Of a stretch of 64,000 nucleotides of DNA, positions 12,101-27,100 are shown in pieces. How positions within the stretch are numbered: position 1 is the first letter of the stretch; every line of letters begins with the position of its first letter. Under the pieces are notes generated by a model. It was not told the origin of the DNA, searched no databases, and saw only the letters and a program-made list of their open reading frames with translations. The translations under genes and the position numbers were made by a program. Source of the DNA: Mobula hypostoma (Eukaryota); NCBI RefSeq assembly GCF_963921235.1, contig NC_086108.1, positions 82,400,001 to 82,464,000 of the forward strand, given 5' to 3'.

Positions 12101-15100
12101 ATTATCTCCCCATCTTCCTCAGTTTTAGCACAGATTCTTTATGTCCAAGATCTATTTACGTTTTCAGCAGATTCTTTTGCTCTCCTTCTCCAGACCAGCG
12201 TTCCCAACCTGGGGACAACAGACCCCTCGGTTAATAGTAGGGATCCATGGCATATAAAAGGAACCCCTGCTCTCGACAAAGACAGAAGTTATGATAGGGG
12301 AAGACAATAGACAATAGGTGCAGGAGTAGGCCATTCGGCCCTTCGAGCCAGCACCGCCATTCACTGTGATCATGGCTGATCATCCACAATCAGTACCCCC
12401 GTTCCTGCCTTCTCCCCATTTCCCTTGACTCTGCTATCATTAAGAGCTCTATCTAATTCTTTCTTGAAAGCATCCAGAGAATTGGCCTTCACGGCCTTCT
12501 GAGGCAGAGCATTCCACAGATCCACAACTCTCTGGGTGAAAGAAGTTTCTCCTCAACTCCATTCTAAATGGCCTACCCCTTATTCTCAAATTGTGGCCTC
12601 TGGTTCTGGACTCCCCCAACATCGGGAACATGTTTCCTGCCTCTAGCGTGACCAAGGTAGGGATGTGAAGGACAGCTAATCTTATAGTCATTAGCCTCAC
12701 AGAAGCCCTTGAGGTTAATGGTCCAAGCAGAATCACGAGCATCAAATGTAAATGGATAATATACATTTCATGGCAGTGTTAATGTACAGAAGGATCTTGA
12801 GGTCTAGGTCTGCAGCTCAGAACCAGGTTTATTATCACTGGCATGTGTCGTGAAATTCCGTGTAAGTGGCTGCATAAGTCATACACATAGTGGTACAAAA
12901 AAGTGTATGGTATCATTGCCTTTACTAGTTGAGGCTTTGAGTTGAGTGATCAGGAAGTTATGTTACTTGGAGTATTGTCAACAGCTTTGGGCCCCATATC
13001 TCAGGAAGGATGTGTTGTCATTGGAGAGAGTCCAGAGGAGGTTCATGAGTGATTCAGGGAATGAAGGAGTTAACATATGAGGAGTGTTTGGCAGCTTTGC
13101 CAGCCTGTACTCACTGGAATTTAGAAGAATGTGTGGGGATCTCATTGAAATCTACCAAATTTTGAAAAGACTAGATAGGGTAGATGTGGAGAGGATGTTT
13201 CCTGTGGTGGGGGTATACAGAATTAGAGGGCACAGCCTCAAAATTGAGGGGAGACCCTTTAGAACAAAGGTAAGGAGGAATTTTTTTAGCCATAGAGTAG
13301 TAAATCTGTGAAATGCTCTGCCACAGTGGAGGCCAAGTCTGTGGTATATTTAAGGCAAAAGTTGATCGTTTCCTGATCGGTCAGGACAACAAAGGATATG
13401 GCGAGAAGGCAGGTGTATGGGGTTGAGTGAGGTCTGGGATCAGCCATGATGGAATGACGGGGCAGACTTGAAGGGCTGAATGGCCTAATTCTGCTCCTAT
13501 GCCTTATGGTCTTATGTTACAACTAATAAATCTCCGGTGAAGCTGTATCTGAAATATGAATTCAGTTCTGGTTGCCCCATTAGAGAAAGGCTGTGGAAAG
13601 TGTGCAGAAGTTTACTTGGCTGCTGCCTTGTTGTGTAGACATATGGTATGGGGAGAACTTGGACAGACTCAAGCTTATTTCTCAGGGGCGGCAGTTGCTA
13701 TGGAAAGACCTGGTAGAAGTTTATAAGATTATGAGAGGCATAGGTAGAGTCTATAGATGGTATCCTTTTCCATGGTCTAAATGGCTAATACTAGATGGCA
13801 TCGGTCAGAGAGGAGAAGTTGAAAGGAGAGGTGCAGGGCAAGGTTTCTGCACAGAGAGTGATGGTTGCCTGAAATGCGCTGACAGGGATGGTAGTGGAGG
13901 CAAATACGATAGAGGCTTTTGAGATGTTCTTAAATAGGCACATGAATGTGCAAAGTGGAGAGGAATGGGCATTGTGCATGCAGAAAGGAATTAGGTACTA
14001 ATTACTGATTAATTAATTGGATGTTCAGCACAGCATTGAGGGTTGAAGGGTCAATTACTTTGCTGTACCATTCTAAGACAGGCCCACAAGCTTTCATGAA
14101 AAGAGATGAACGTTGGGAATAAGTTTGAAGCAACAAGCTTACCCTGTATTAATACCTAAAAATCTCCAATGGGATCCCACCACCAAATTCATCTTTCCCT
14201 ACCCGCCACTTTCTGCTTTCTGCAGGGATCGCTCGCTACGCGACTCCCTTGTCCATTTGTCTCTCCCCACTGACCTCCATCCTGGCACTTATCCTTGCAA
14301 GCGGAACAAGTGCTACACCTGCCCATACACCTCCTCCCTCACTACCATTCAGGGCCCCAAACAGTTCTTCCAGGTGAGGCGGCACTTCACCTGTGAGTCT
14401 GTTGGGGGTCATATGCTGTGTCCGGTGCTCCCGGTCTGGCCTCCTGTATATCGGGGAGACCCGATGTAGATTGGGAAACCACTTCCCCGAGGCACCTACA
14501 TCCGTCAGAAAAAGCGGGATCTCCCAGTGGCCACCCATTTTAATTCCACTTCCCATTCCCTGTCATGATGAAGCCACACTTAGATTGGAGGAACAACACC
14601 TTATATTCCATTTGTGTAGCCTCCAACCTGATGGCATGAACATTGACTTCTCCAACTTCTAGTAATACCCCTACTCACCATTCCCCATCCCCTTTTCCAT
14701 CTATCACCTTATCTTGTTGCTCACCCATCACCTCCCTCTGGTGCTCCTCCCCCCTTTTTCTTTCTTCCATGGCCTTCTGTCTTCTTCTATCAGACTGTAA
14801 AATGTAAAATAACAAGTAGAATGTAATTTTATCTCGATCTACAATGCAGGGCAGGAATATGTTACATTTTAGTCAATGATTATTGATCCAGTCAATATCT
14901 CATGTAAACCAATGATGGCAACCTAACTAAAAGGTACTAGTTTTATTACAGGGTCATGATTCAACTTGTGGACTTAAGAAGTTTATAAATAAACCTGTCG
15001 ATGAAGATTGTGTAATAGTTCAGGTGTTGAAGAAACAAGGAGCAATTCCGTTTGTGAAAACCAATGTTCCTCAGACATTATTTAGGTACTATTGAATAAA

Positions 15101-18100
15101 CTCTATTTGAATAATACTGAACTATTGGACTAAATAGTGTGTCAGCCTTGCATATTGTTTTCCAATTAACCGTCTTTTTAAAAAGAGATAATAGTGTCAT
15201 GCTGGCTAATTTGGGACAGGTTTTGCAGCCCAGTTTCAATCCTGCTGTCAGCATAGAATTTGTCCCTACCGTTTCCTCCTTCATTTGAAAAATGTGTGGG
15301 TTGCATAGGCGGCCTTAAGCATCCGGGGGCCCGTTTCAAGGGTTAATATGGGGCCCTACCCCCGCTTCCCAAAAAAAAAGAAAGAAAAAAAACGAATATT
15401 CAAGTTGATTTGCATCAATATGGTATAATTTCGAATTTAAACCTTGATGCATTATGTGCACTTTCAGCATAATGGACAGACAGCTCAATATATAATCCAA
15501 ACAATTCTCTTAATTAAAAACTGAAACAATTACGTTTTTTGCTTTGGAGTGAGAAGCCGCGCCCTTCTCAGCAACTAGTCTGCAGTGAATGGCACTATGT
15601 GTTAGGTATCAGCTGACATAAGGACAGCTTAAACAATTTCCCTCTAATTAAACTAATAACAAAAGCAATGTCATATTTAATGAAACTTCACACTTCATTT
15701 ATTCAATGAACAGTGTCTGAAAGTTAACTACTGGAAGTTTACAACAAACTGCGTCTCGCGCTCTTTCAGCACCACGGACAGCTCACGCAAGGCCTGGAGA
15801 ACCAACAGGAGGAGAGTGAGAGAGAGAAAGTACGATTTGTGGAAACGCCACCTAATCGCCTATACACATTTTGAGTGAAATACGTGGTTTATTTTATTAT
15901 TTTAATTATAAACTTTACTTCTGCTAAAAATGTGTAAAATGACTTACCACTAGAACTTCACGACCCTCCTGTGCTTGAGTGTTGAGAATGCTTTAATGAG
16001 CTCATCTTTGTCCGGCGATCTTGTTATTTCGTGCTCAATTGATATCTGAGCAAGAGTTGACAGACATTCCTGGAGCATGGTTGTCCTCAGATGCATTTTG
16101 ATGAGCATTAGCCTCGAAAAACTTCTCTCTCCACTCGCTACAGTCACAGGTACTGTCAGCATGAGTCTTAGAGCAATGGTGAAGTTAAGATACAGTTCAA
16201 CCAGATTGTTGCTGTAAATGTAGCTCAGAATCTGCAGGTCAGTGGTTTCTTTTGCAGGCACGGCACTGACAGCAGCCGACACCTCGCGCAAAAGGTCCTC
16301 AGCATCCACATCACCAAATGTCCTCTCCATGTTTACGCAGCTCTCTTTCAGTGTGCGACTTTGGGTGGCTTTTTTCATTTCCTCTCTTCCGTATATGAAG
16401 CCAAACAGACTGTAAAATGACTCCATCAGTTTGAAGCGCTCACTAATGCCTGTGATGGCAGAGTCCACTAGTGGAAGGAAAACTTGTACCGTTCCTCGGG
16501 TGCCACTGTCAGGGAAAGATCTGCACTTTGGGACTCGTACTGGAACTGGCGTTTTGGTTTTCTGATTCGTACAGCTGGAAAGACCATTGGCATCCCTATC
16601 TCTTCAGCTATGTCTCTGGCATCTGTTTGGGCGGATGAAAGGCAGTTCTCTCTGTATTCCTTGAGAAATTTCAGAACATATTCCACATCGATTCCCACTT
16701 GTGGGCTCTGGAGCAGTTTGCTGACACGACTCACCTCATGTAAAACGTTGTACCAGATGATAACAGTCAGCAGGAATTTCCATGACATGATCTCCTGTTC
16801 TAGGCCTCTGGCTGCAGATGTGGTTTCACTGTCACCTTTCTGTGTGGCATGTTCAATCAGTGACAGGAGCGCATTGCCAACGGGAAGCTGGTAGCGCAGC
16901 ACTTTCACACTTTCCACGCGGCACTCCCATCGCGTGTTGGATATGGGTCATCTGTGAAACGTTCTCCTTGAAAAGCTCCCATCTCTGTGTCGATGAGCTG
17001 AATAGTGTGCATAGACTTTGCAGCACCCCAAAGAAACCCACAGACTCCACTGTTGATTTTGCAGCATCGACAATGACTAGGTTTAGGCTGTGGCTGGCGC
17101 ATGGCATGAACAGTGCTTTTTTGTTAATACCTAGCACCCTCTTCTGCATCCCGCTATTTTCCCCCCGCATATTGCTCCCGTTATCATAGGCCTGCCCCCT
17201 GCATTTTGAGATATCTAATCCTAACTTCTCCATATGCATTAAGAAAACATCGGTTAGGCCTGCACCTATTGTGTCAAGCACTGGTAGGAAACTGACAAAA
17301 TCCTCACTAACAGTAGCTCTGACATTTACTTAGCATGTGACAATGCGCAGTATCACAGAGAGCTGCCCTATGTGTGCAGAGTCAGTGGTGCAGTCCATTA
17401 TCACCGAGTAGTAACGTGATTGTTTTACTCACTCTGTTATTGCTTCCAGTGTCTTGTCTCCAATAAGTGTGATTAACTCATTTTGTATGGTTTTCCCCAT
17501 GTAGTTTTCAGCAGTCTCTTTTTTCTCTGCTCATCTGACATATTCGCTCATCACTGGGTCGAAATCGGCAAGCAACTCCACCAGACCTAGAAAGATCCTA
17601 TTATTTGGTTCATGTAGGGTGGAATTGTGGCCATGGAAAGCAAGGTTTCGTTCTGCAAGGTGACAGACTATGGCAATGAACCTCTTCATGACATCATTCC
17701 AGTGTTTTTTTCCAGCATTTGCATTTCTTGGTATGTGCTGTCAATGGCACGGTGCGTTCTTAAGCGTGTTTCCAGCTCGCGCCAGCTATCCATGTTGGCA
17801 CGGTGCGCATTTGACTTCTCATGATCCAGGAGTGCGAGAGCGAGTCGCTCCCACACTCTGAAACCTCCGCAAGTGAGACTGTGATTTCGCTTGCCAAATA
17901 GGGTACAGCAGAAACAGAAGATTGAATCAGTTGATTCTGAGTACACTAACCATGACCTATGAATGGTTTCTCCATTTTTCATCTTCATAAGATATCTGTC
18001 CTTGGTAAAACGACGGCGTGATTGGCTCTGTGGAAAGTTAATGTCCTCTAACTGAACAGGACCTCTCCTAAAAATGTTGATCCGTTGGTCGCTGGTAATA

Positions 18101-21100
18101 TGCATTGGCCAACGTGCCGGATCGGTCTCTGTGAATGTTAGTGGGGCTTTCTCTCTGTCTGGTGTGCTGGTGGTGGTATCTCCCTCACCTGTCTCAGTTG
18201 TAGGACTGTCATCATGCTGTGGTACTTGTTCATCAAACAAAGTTTGGTCATCATTATCACCTTCTGTTTGAGTAGAATTGTTCTTCTCATTTTCATTGCT
18301 CTGATTATCAACATCTCCTGTACCGCTTACAATGTCACTTGGCACTGCAGCCCCATGCTGTGACGATGGAGCAGCAGCAACTGCAGTCGGCGGGCCTTTT
18401 ACAGATGCTGGACCAAAGAAAGATGTAATTTTTGGGAGACTATTTAGACGTTTTGTTTTGTTGTCTTGTATTTTCCGTTTTTCAGCACCACTAGGATAGG
18501 AGCGTTTCATTTTCCTCTCATTGAAAAGTAGCCTTCTTTGCTAGGAGCAATGTTTACAAGTGAAGTAAATATTTTAATGTATTTTCTCAGATGTCAGTTA
18601 GCGAGTGCCCACTAGTGTTTCGGCTGGCAATAGCAGGAGAATATTGTGGCATCTGGGAGCTGTGCATTAAGTTTTTGCATGTCAGTCGGGGGCCCCTGGG
18701 AGGGTGGGGCCCATTTCAGTTGAAACGGGTGAAACATAGCTAAGGCTGCCTATGGTGGGTTGGTTAGTAAATTGGCCACTGTTGTTGCTGCCCCCAGTGT
18801 GTAGATGAATGGGAGACCTGGGAATGTGGGGGGAATAAATGCATTAGGATACAGTTAGTCTGGTAATGGGTACTTGATAGTTGACACAGACTCGTTGGGG
18901 CAAAGGGCTTGTTTCTGCTCTGCATGGCTCCTATGATTTCATAACCATAAAATGTTCATAATGTTGCTTCCAATGTACCTTTTATATCCGTAATACGTCT
19001 TGTTGCTATGTTTGTTTACTTATCAAGATACAGCCCAGACTAGGCCCTTCCAGACATTCAAGGCACGCTGCCCAATTTAATGCTAGCCTGATCACTGAAT
19101 TTACAATTACCAATCAACCTACCAACTCGTCCGTATTTGGACTGCGCGAGGAAAGTACAGCACCCAGAGGAGGCCCGCACGGTCACGGGGAGAGCGTGCA
19201 AAGTCCTTACAGGAACAGCAGGAATTGACCCTGGGTCACCTGTACCGCAAAGTGCTGTGCCAACCACTACACTACTGAGCTGCCCATGTGAAGTGTTTGA
19301 AAAGGCTTTGAATTTCCTGTACAATTTGAGGTTCCTAATTTATGTACTGGTAGTGCAATATCTATCATGGAAGTAGCCATGCTGGCATCTGTGAACACAT
19401 TTTGAACAGCACTGATTAAGGTACATTAAACTGATCTAATTCAGTGCCCGTCATCTGTTTACCTTGTGAGTCTGCCAGTAAATAATCCAAACCTTGAAAA
19501 CATGAAATACAGCATTTTCATCAACATTTTACTTTTCGTAGAAACTACGTTTGTAGTTAGCATTTTTTAAAAACTAACAATACGTTTATATATTTTTACT
19601 ACCTGTGGAATATAGATATTGCAGGAAAGGATAGCATTTCAGAATCGGGTTTATTATCACTAACATAAATTGTGAAATTTTTTTTTTTGCGGCAGCAGTA
19701 CAGTGCAAGTCATAAAAGTAATTACTTTCAAGAAGTAAAAAGTGAAGTAAGTAAATAGTGCAAAAAAGGAAAGATACAAGTTTATTTGTCGTGTACATTG
19801 AAACGGAGAGTGAAATGCTTCATTTGCATTAACAGCCATCACACTTCTTCATGGGTTCATGCACTGTTCAGCAGGGACAAGCAGTTTCTTAAAATTTTGA
19901 GTGTGAGTCTTCAGGTTCCTGTACCACTGCCCCTATGATAGTAAGGAGACGAGAGCCTGTCCTGGAAGACGAGGGTCCTTAATGATGGACTCCATCTTCC
20001 TGAGTCTCCACCTTTTGGAAATGTCCTTGATAGAGGGCAGGGGTATGCCTGTGAGAGAGATGGCAGAGTCATTTAGGCACTTATTGCCTACTCCTAGAAT
20101 TCTTGAGAAAGGTGGTGGTCGATCTTCCTGAGTTACATTCTACATTGTGAACGAATATTCTCCAACAACACTGTAGGTAGCTGCTTCCAGGGTTTTGACT
20201 CAGCACCAAAGTGTCCAAATTAGAATATTGCTTGGAGGAAAAGGAAACTTAGAAGGGATGATGAAGTCATGGGAATCTTATGCATTTAGTTGGAATTCAC
20301 TGGTTTAGAATGCGCCATTTTGGAGATTTACTGTTAGAGATTCCTTGGAGAGAATTGTCACATAAAAATTGTTAGGTGCTGAAAAAATTGATTTCTTGGA
20401 ACAGCCATAGAGAGCAGAAAATTGTTCTTGTCGAACAAAAACCACATTCAGTGTGGAGTTAACGATCTACAGTATTTTACCGCAATTGATATTGGTGTCA
20501 CACTTCATACGTCCTTGTGAGCATCGACTTCCCTGATATCTCTCTCCAGTTCCTCCCCAGCAATAGCAACGTATTCATTCTTACATTGCTTTTATTGTGG
20601 AGGAAGTAAATAAAACCGGCAGTTATCACCTCTAAGGAATAGAGAAAGAAAATAAAACCAGCAGCTATCATCTCCCACCAAAGACCTAGTACCACATAAA
20701 AACATACAATGAAATCAAAAACACTCAGTTCTCTGTGACATTGTTGGACGAATATTTATTATTAGCCTGTCTCAAGACCTTTATGTCTCAAGAGGAATAG
20801 ATTGGTTATATTGCCTGCAGTTCTGTTCTTGTACCATTGACATTTCCAATCTCAATGAAAAGGAACGGCTCATGAAATGGTGACATTGCCACATGGGTTG
20901 AAAAATCATGGGTGAGTATATAAATTTACAGAATAATGTGTGGCAGAATGTGGTGCCAATATTGCCAATTTGCTCACACTGAATTGAGTGTTTATGAATG
21001 CCCCTACCAATCAATAATTTTATAGCAGTCTTTTTGAAATATCAATGGGGTGAGAAAGTAATCTCAGGTTTCTGCCATCTATTATATTTGCCGCTCACCC

Positions 21101-24100
21101 ATGAGAGAATGCTTTATTTCTTGTTACAGCTACGAATGCAGCAATCCTATTTATGGCCAAACCGTCAACCCGTTAAACGTCAAGCGGACACCTGGTGGGT
21201 CATCAGGTGGGGAGGCTGTCCTGATCGCGGCAGGGGGCTCCATCCTTGGAATTGGAACCGATGTTGGTGGCAGCATACGCTTTCCAGCTGCATTCTGTGG
21301 AATCTGTGGCTTCAAACCAACGGCAAACCGATTAAGGTGAGATATTTTTATTGCAGATATTTATTTTTATTTATGTAGAGGAGAAAGAATGGGCTATTTT
21401 TGCACCTTGAATCTCACTAATGTTATTTTCCATGGTCTCTTTATCAATACTGTTATTTAATTTCATATCTATAATTAGTTGAATTCAAATGTTCCAATTG
21501 CTTTGGTAGGATTCAAACTTGTATCTCTAGCTCAAAAGTCCAGATCTCTGGAGGCTAATTGAGTAACTGGCCATTTCAGTTGCTCTCTTAACCATCACAT
21601 TACCACTCTCTGGTATTCAATTAGATTGTGACTGATCCAAACCTCCTGTCTTTATTGACCAGTTTGCTTGATGCCTGCCAGCAATTCTATTTTTTCTTCT
21701 TAATAAAAGCCCAGATTAGTTTAGCATTCATCCCTTTATGAAGAGAGAAATACAGAATTCCACTGCCCTTTGTGTGGAAAAGTATTTCTTCATACCTTTC
21801 CTGATTTAATGCCTGATTTAATTATGTTCCTTTTTTTTTCATTCCCTTTGGCCATTTTAACAATTTAGGCACCTTAATCAGCTTACACTTCAGTCTTCTA
21901 TGCAACTTGTCCTTATGATTTAAACTTTCATTGTTGGTTACTCTGTTGTACATTCAGTCGAAGGCCAATATATTCTTAAGTTGTTGATACATTTTCACAG
22001 TAGATCCTCCTAGCCGATTGTTCAATAAACATCCTTTTCTAAGATACAGTGCTAAATGTTTTCCTAAGGACTAAAATTACACACTTGGCTGCAATTTACA
22101 AATTTGTTGATTTTATTTTGATTTTGTATGGATATAATTTAAGAAGTTCAATAATATTAAAATCGGGAATAATATACTGTACTTTGAGTATGTTCAAGAT
22201 TTATGTAGTTAGAAGATTGTATTCCACAAAATGATAGTTTCAAGTTTTACAATGTTGTGGATAAATAAAGAGGTTAGTGACAGAGTAAAATTAAAGAAAG
22301 GATAGAATAGAATCATTGTCATACTGCGCCAAAACAAGCATATCTCTGCTGACCCAGGTCTCCATCTACTCCTTCATTTGGCCTAGATCCCTCTATCCCT
22401 TCCCTATCTATGTAACTAACAAAATACTTTTTAAATGCTGTCATCATACAGTTTCTTGAACATGGTGACACAGGTAGACAGGGTGGTGAAGAGGGTGCTT
22501 AGCATGTTTGCCTTTATCATAAACACAAGAGATGCTGGGAATCTAGAGTAACATACGAAATGCTAGAGGAACTCAGTGTATCTGGCATTATCTACAGAGT
22601 GGGATAAAGAGTCAGGCATCTTGGCCCAAAACATTGACTCTTTATTCCTCTCCATGGATGCTGCCTGACCTGCTGAGTTCCTCCAGCATTTTGTGTGTGT
22701 TATTCTTGCCTTTATCAACCAGGATAGTGAGTACAGGACTTGGGCTATTTTGTTACAACTGTACAAGACATTGGTATAGAAACATAGAAAACCTGCAGCA
22801 CAACAGAAGCCCTTCGGCCCACAAAGCTGTGCCAAACATGTCCTTACCCTAGAACTACCTAGGCTTACCCATAGCCCTCTATTTTTCTTAGCTCCAGGTA
22901 CCCATCCAGGAGTTTCTTAGAGTGTTATATACAGTTCTGAGCACTGTAGTATGTGGAGGATGCCATTAAACTGGAGAGGTTATGAGAATGTTACTGGGAC
23001 TGGAAGATTTGAGTTATAGGGAGAGGATGGAAAAGTGAGGACTTTTTCCCCTGGCACATAGAGGCCCAATGGATGACCTTAGAGAGGTTTATAAAATCAT
23101 GAGGGACAGAGATAAGGTGAATAGCCACAGTTTATTTCCCCAGTGTTAGGGAATTTGAAACTAGAGAGCATGGGTTTAAAGTGAGAGAGGCAGAATTAAA
23201 AGGGACCCAAGGGGGGAAACTTTTTCTACACATCATCATCATCATTATTATTATGTGCCATGTCATATGACATCATCATTATGTGCTGTGTCATATGAGG
23301 TGGGCGATCATGGTCTCCATGACCATGATTGTTCTTGGCAAAATTTTCTACATTAGTGGTTTGCCATTGCTTTCTTCTAGGCCTTTACAAGTCGGGTGAC
23401 CCCAGCCATTATCAATACTCTTCAGAGATTGTCTGCCTGGCGTCTGTGGTTGCTTAGCAACCAGGACTTGTGATATGCACCAGCTCCTCATACGACCATC
23501 CACAACCTGCTCCCATGGCCTCACGTGGCCCTGATCAGGGGAGGGTGGGGCTAAGCAGGTGCTACACCTTGCCCCAAGGGTGTCCTGCTGGCTAGTGGAG
23601 GAAGGAGCACCTTGCACCTTCTTTGGTAGAGACAGATCTCCACCCCGCCACCCACTTTCTACACAGGGTGTGCACGTATGGAACGAGTTGCCAGATGAAG
23701 TGTTAGAGGTGCATCTAGTAATGACACTTTAAAGATGTTTGGAGATGTACAGGGATAGGAAAGTTTTAGAAGGATATGGGCCAAATGCAGGCAATTGGGT
23801 TAGCACGGACAAGTTGGGAATGTGAAGCTTGTTTTCTGTGCTGTGTGGCTCTAACTGACAGGTAGACATGACAGTATTTTAAGAGGTTAGCTTTAGATGA
23901 TAATTTTGCTGATTACAGAGTAAATAATTTTATGCAGGCACATCTATTGACTAAAATGGAAATATTTGAGAAATTTCTTCCTTCAGTTGAGGAAATTATA
24001 TGTTTTTTACTTCATGCAGCAAAAGGGGTTTGACAGTAAATACATCTGGACAGAGAACGGGTGAGTTTCTTCTCTACATGAATTATATTATGCCAATGTG

Positions 24101-27100
24101 CCAGACTAAACCAGAATTATTCTTAAGAGTGGGGATAAGATGACCATTTCCCTCCCCTCCCCCCTCCCACTGCCACACTCTCTGTTTTCATCAAACCAAA
24201 CCACTTCAACCACCAATCAACATAACCCTTATGTTGAAGTCGGGGGGAAACCCGATGAAAGTATATAAAATAATGAGAGGCATAGATAGGGTAGATAGTC
24301 GTCTTCCTGGGGTAAAAATGCCAAATACTACAGGGTATAGTTTTAAGATGAGAGGAGGAAGGTTTAGAGGAGATATGAGGGATATGTCTTTTACACAGAG
24401 ACTGGTAGGTACCTGAAACACACTGCCAGGCCTGGTGGTGGAAGCAGTTACTTAAGAAGCACTTAGGTAGGCATATGATCATACAGAGAATCGAGGGATA
24501 TGGATCGTGTGCAGGCTGATGGCATTAGTTTAATTTCAGCTTGTACCTGAGCTGTACTGTTCTATGTTCTAAATGAATATTTAAAAAAATGTATGTTTTA
24601 TGAAACTACAAATTAATCATTTATGTAAAGGATATAGGATGCAGAATCTTCCCCTTCCCTTTCACTTCACAGAGGAAAAGCATTTTTTTAATTGATCCAG
24701 ATACCTTTCCTTCTCTGAGACTCTGGATACTCTTCCTAACGTGCGATTCAGTGAAGCATCTGAACCCTACCCAGCTTGTATGCATTGCTGCTGAAGGCTC
24801 CAAATCTCACTTTTTTTCCCTTTAGCAACCTTAAAATACTTGTACACATCCAAATCTAAATATCACTGAGTATAAAATCTAATTAAAATGTATCTTATAC
24901 TAATGCTTAGCTTTTCTGCTAAAATGCACCACTTCATAATCCTCTGCATTACATATCAGTCAGTTGTAGTCTGCTAAAGCTTTCTCTCTCTCCCCTGAAG
25001 TTTGTTACTACCCCACTTAAAGCCTACCATATTCTAGGTTTCATTCACAGACTTGGAAATTATGCACAACATTTCCAAATCTCAGACATTAAGATACAAA
25101 AATGAAAAAGATATCCTAATATTGAGGCCTGGTAGCTTCAGTGTAGCTTATCCAGTGCTTAAAAAACAACCATTCAGTATAACTCTGATATTGTCTCTTG
25201 GCTAATTTCATAACTATTTTATCACTGATACTTTATTTCAATTTGTAAAAGGCTAATTAAGTTATATATACATAGGGTAGTTTATGTCATCATATATTAC
25301 CCTGAGATTCATTTTTGTGAATGCCTGCAGAAAATGAATCTCAGGATAATAATGATGAAATATACAGTATGTTGTTTGATAATAGATTGAACTTTGAACT
25401 TCAGCTCCATTATTTTCATCAACTATCTTAAATACATCATCAAAGAACTATTGATCACTGTATGGGTTAGGGTTAGGGTGTGTAAGTACAAACATTATCT
25501 ACAATTAACTGCTGAAGTTTGGGTAACCTTGGTCCTAGACAGTTCAAGAGTTTCCCGTCTGTTCCTCTTTCGCAGGTGGTTTGTTGGAGGTGAGCTGCAG
25601 CATTGCAGTGAAAAAGTTGAACAAGTTCAGGGCGATGATATCGCTTTGTTTGACACTGCTCTGAACAACAGTGTTTGGTTCTGTTACAGACCAATTGGTT
25701 AGGGTTATGGCCTCCATATCATCATGATGTGAATGCAAGATGGAGATTAATTTCTGTGGTCAGCTGAATTATTCATTCATTATTCCCTTCCTGATTCTGA
25801 ATGTCTGGGACAACTGGAAAACACAAAAAAAAAACTCCAGTTGGAGAGGCAAAGAAATTTTCAATTTGTAAGGATATCAAATGGCCTGGCCAATTAGTTG
25901 ACATTAGTAATTCACTATAAATAAAATATTGGCATTAATTAGCATGTCCATGTGTCAGGAAGTCACATTCATAATTTTTTGTATCAGAAAGATCACATTC
26001 AACATTTCCAAAAGATATAACCACTTAGTTCTAGTATAATTTTGGTATATTTATTTTGCGTCCTCTAAAATCAACCTCTATGTGCTCTTCATAATAACTA
26101 CAATTGTGGTTTAATCAATTTAAAAGTTCAGATTAGCTTTCTAGAAATTAATTCCATGACTTTTTGAGGTTATTTCCCATTGCCTTTCAACACTGAATTG
26201 CACCCTTTTTTAAATGGTGTATATGTATACCTAAACCTTACTCATCCTCTTTCCCCATTTTGACAGCTATCTTCCAATTTTATTTTCTATGAGGTAAAAA
26301 TTACTACCTAACATTTAATAATACTGAAAATAATTTGATTGTTATATGCCCATTCTGCAAGTTTAGTAATAACTTGTTAATTTGCTGTTACCTGTAATAA
26401 CATTATCCGCCCTTGTCTTTCTTGTTCCTATTGCCTCTCACTAGTGCACTGATAGGCCAAAATTATATGATAATTTACTTAAGGGTACGGCTTTATTCTT
26501 TGGAGCAAAGAAGGATGAGAAGTTACTTGATAGAAGTGTAGAAGATGATACACAATATTAATTCCTTAAGGTTGTTATAGCTAGTTGTGGTGGTGAGGAT
26601 AAGCTCCTACTGTTCATTAAATGCTTCCAATGGTGTTGCTTCTCAAATAGCCTCTGCCAACAAGTCCAGCTCCTGGCCTTCATGTGTGGCTTAGCTACTA
26701 AACCTGGTGAAACAAAAGAACACAAGAACAGAAGAAATAGGAGCAGGAGTAGGCTATCCAGCCCATTGAGCCTGCCCTGCTATTCAATAAGATCATTGCT
26801 GATCTGTCCATAAACTTAGCTCTATCTACCTGCCTTTTCCCCATAACCCTTAATTCCCTTGCTATGTAAAAATCGATCTAACTGCATCTTAAGTATACTT
26901 AGTGAAAAAGCCTCAACTTCTTCCCTGGGCAGAGAATTCCACAGATTCACCACTCTCTGGGAAAAACAGTTTCTCCTCATCTCCATCCTAAATCTTCTCC
27001 CCTGAATCTTGAGGCAATATCCCCTAGTTCTAGTCTCACCTACCAATGGAAACAACTTTCCTACTTCTATCTTATCTATCCCTTTCAAAATTTTGTATGT

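Noticed and set aside
15950..18510. Host ZMYM1-like or domesticated transposase gene nested antisense in the intron
   Set aside because: Bounded by TIRs and a TSD and broken by frameshifts and stops; it is a transposon copy.
23560..23653. HDV-like ribozyme at the SINE head
   Set aside because: A P1-like pairing exists but I could not place L3/P1.1 or the catalytic C; not called.
25473..25790. Additional exon or small gene on the minus strand
   Set aside because: Reads as a decayed RTE RT fragment ([16 protein letters not shown], similar to GVKQGCVIAPTLF).
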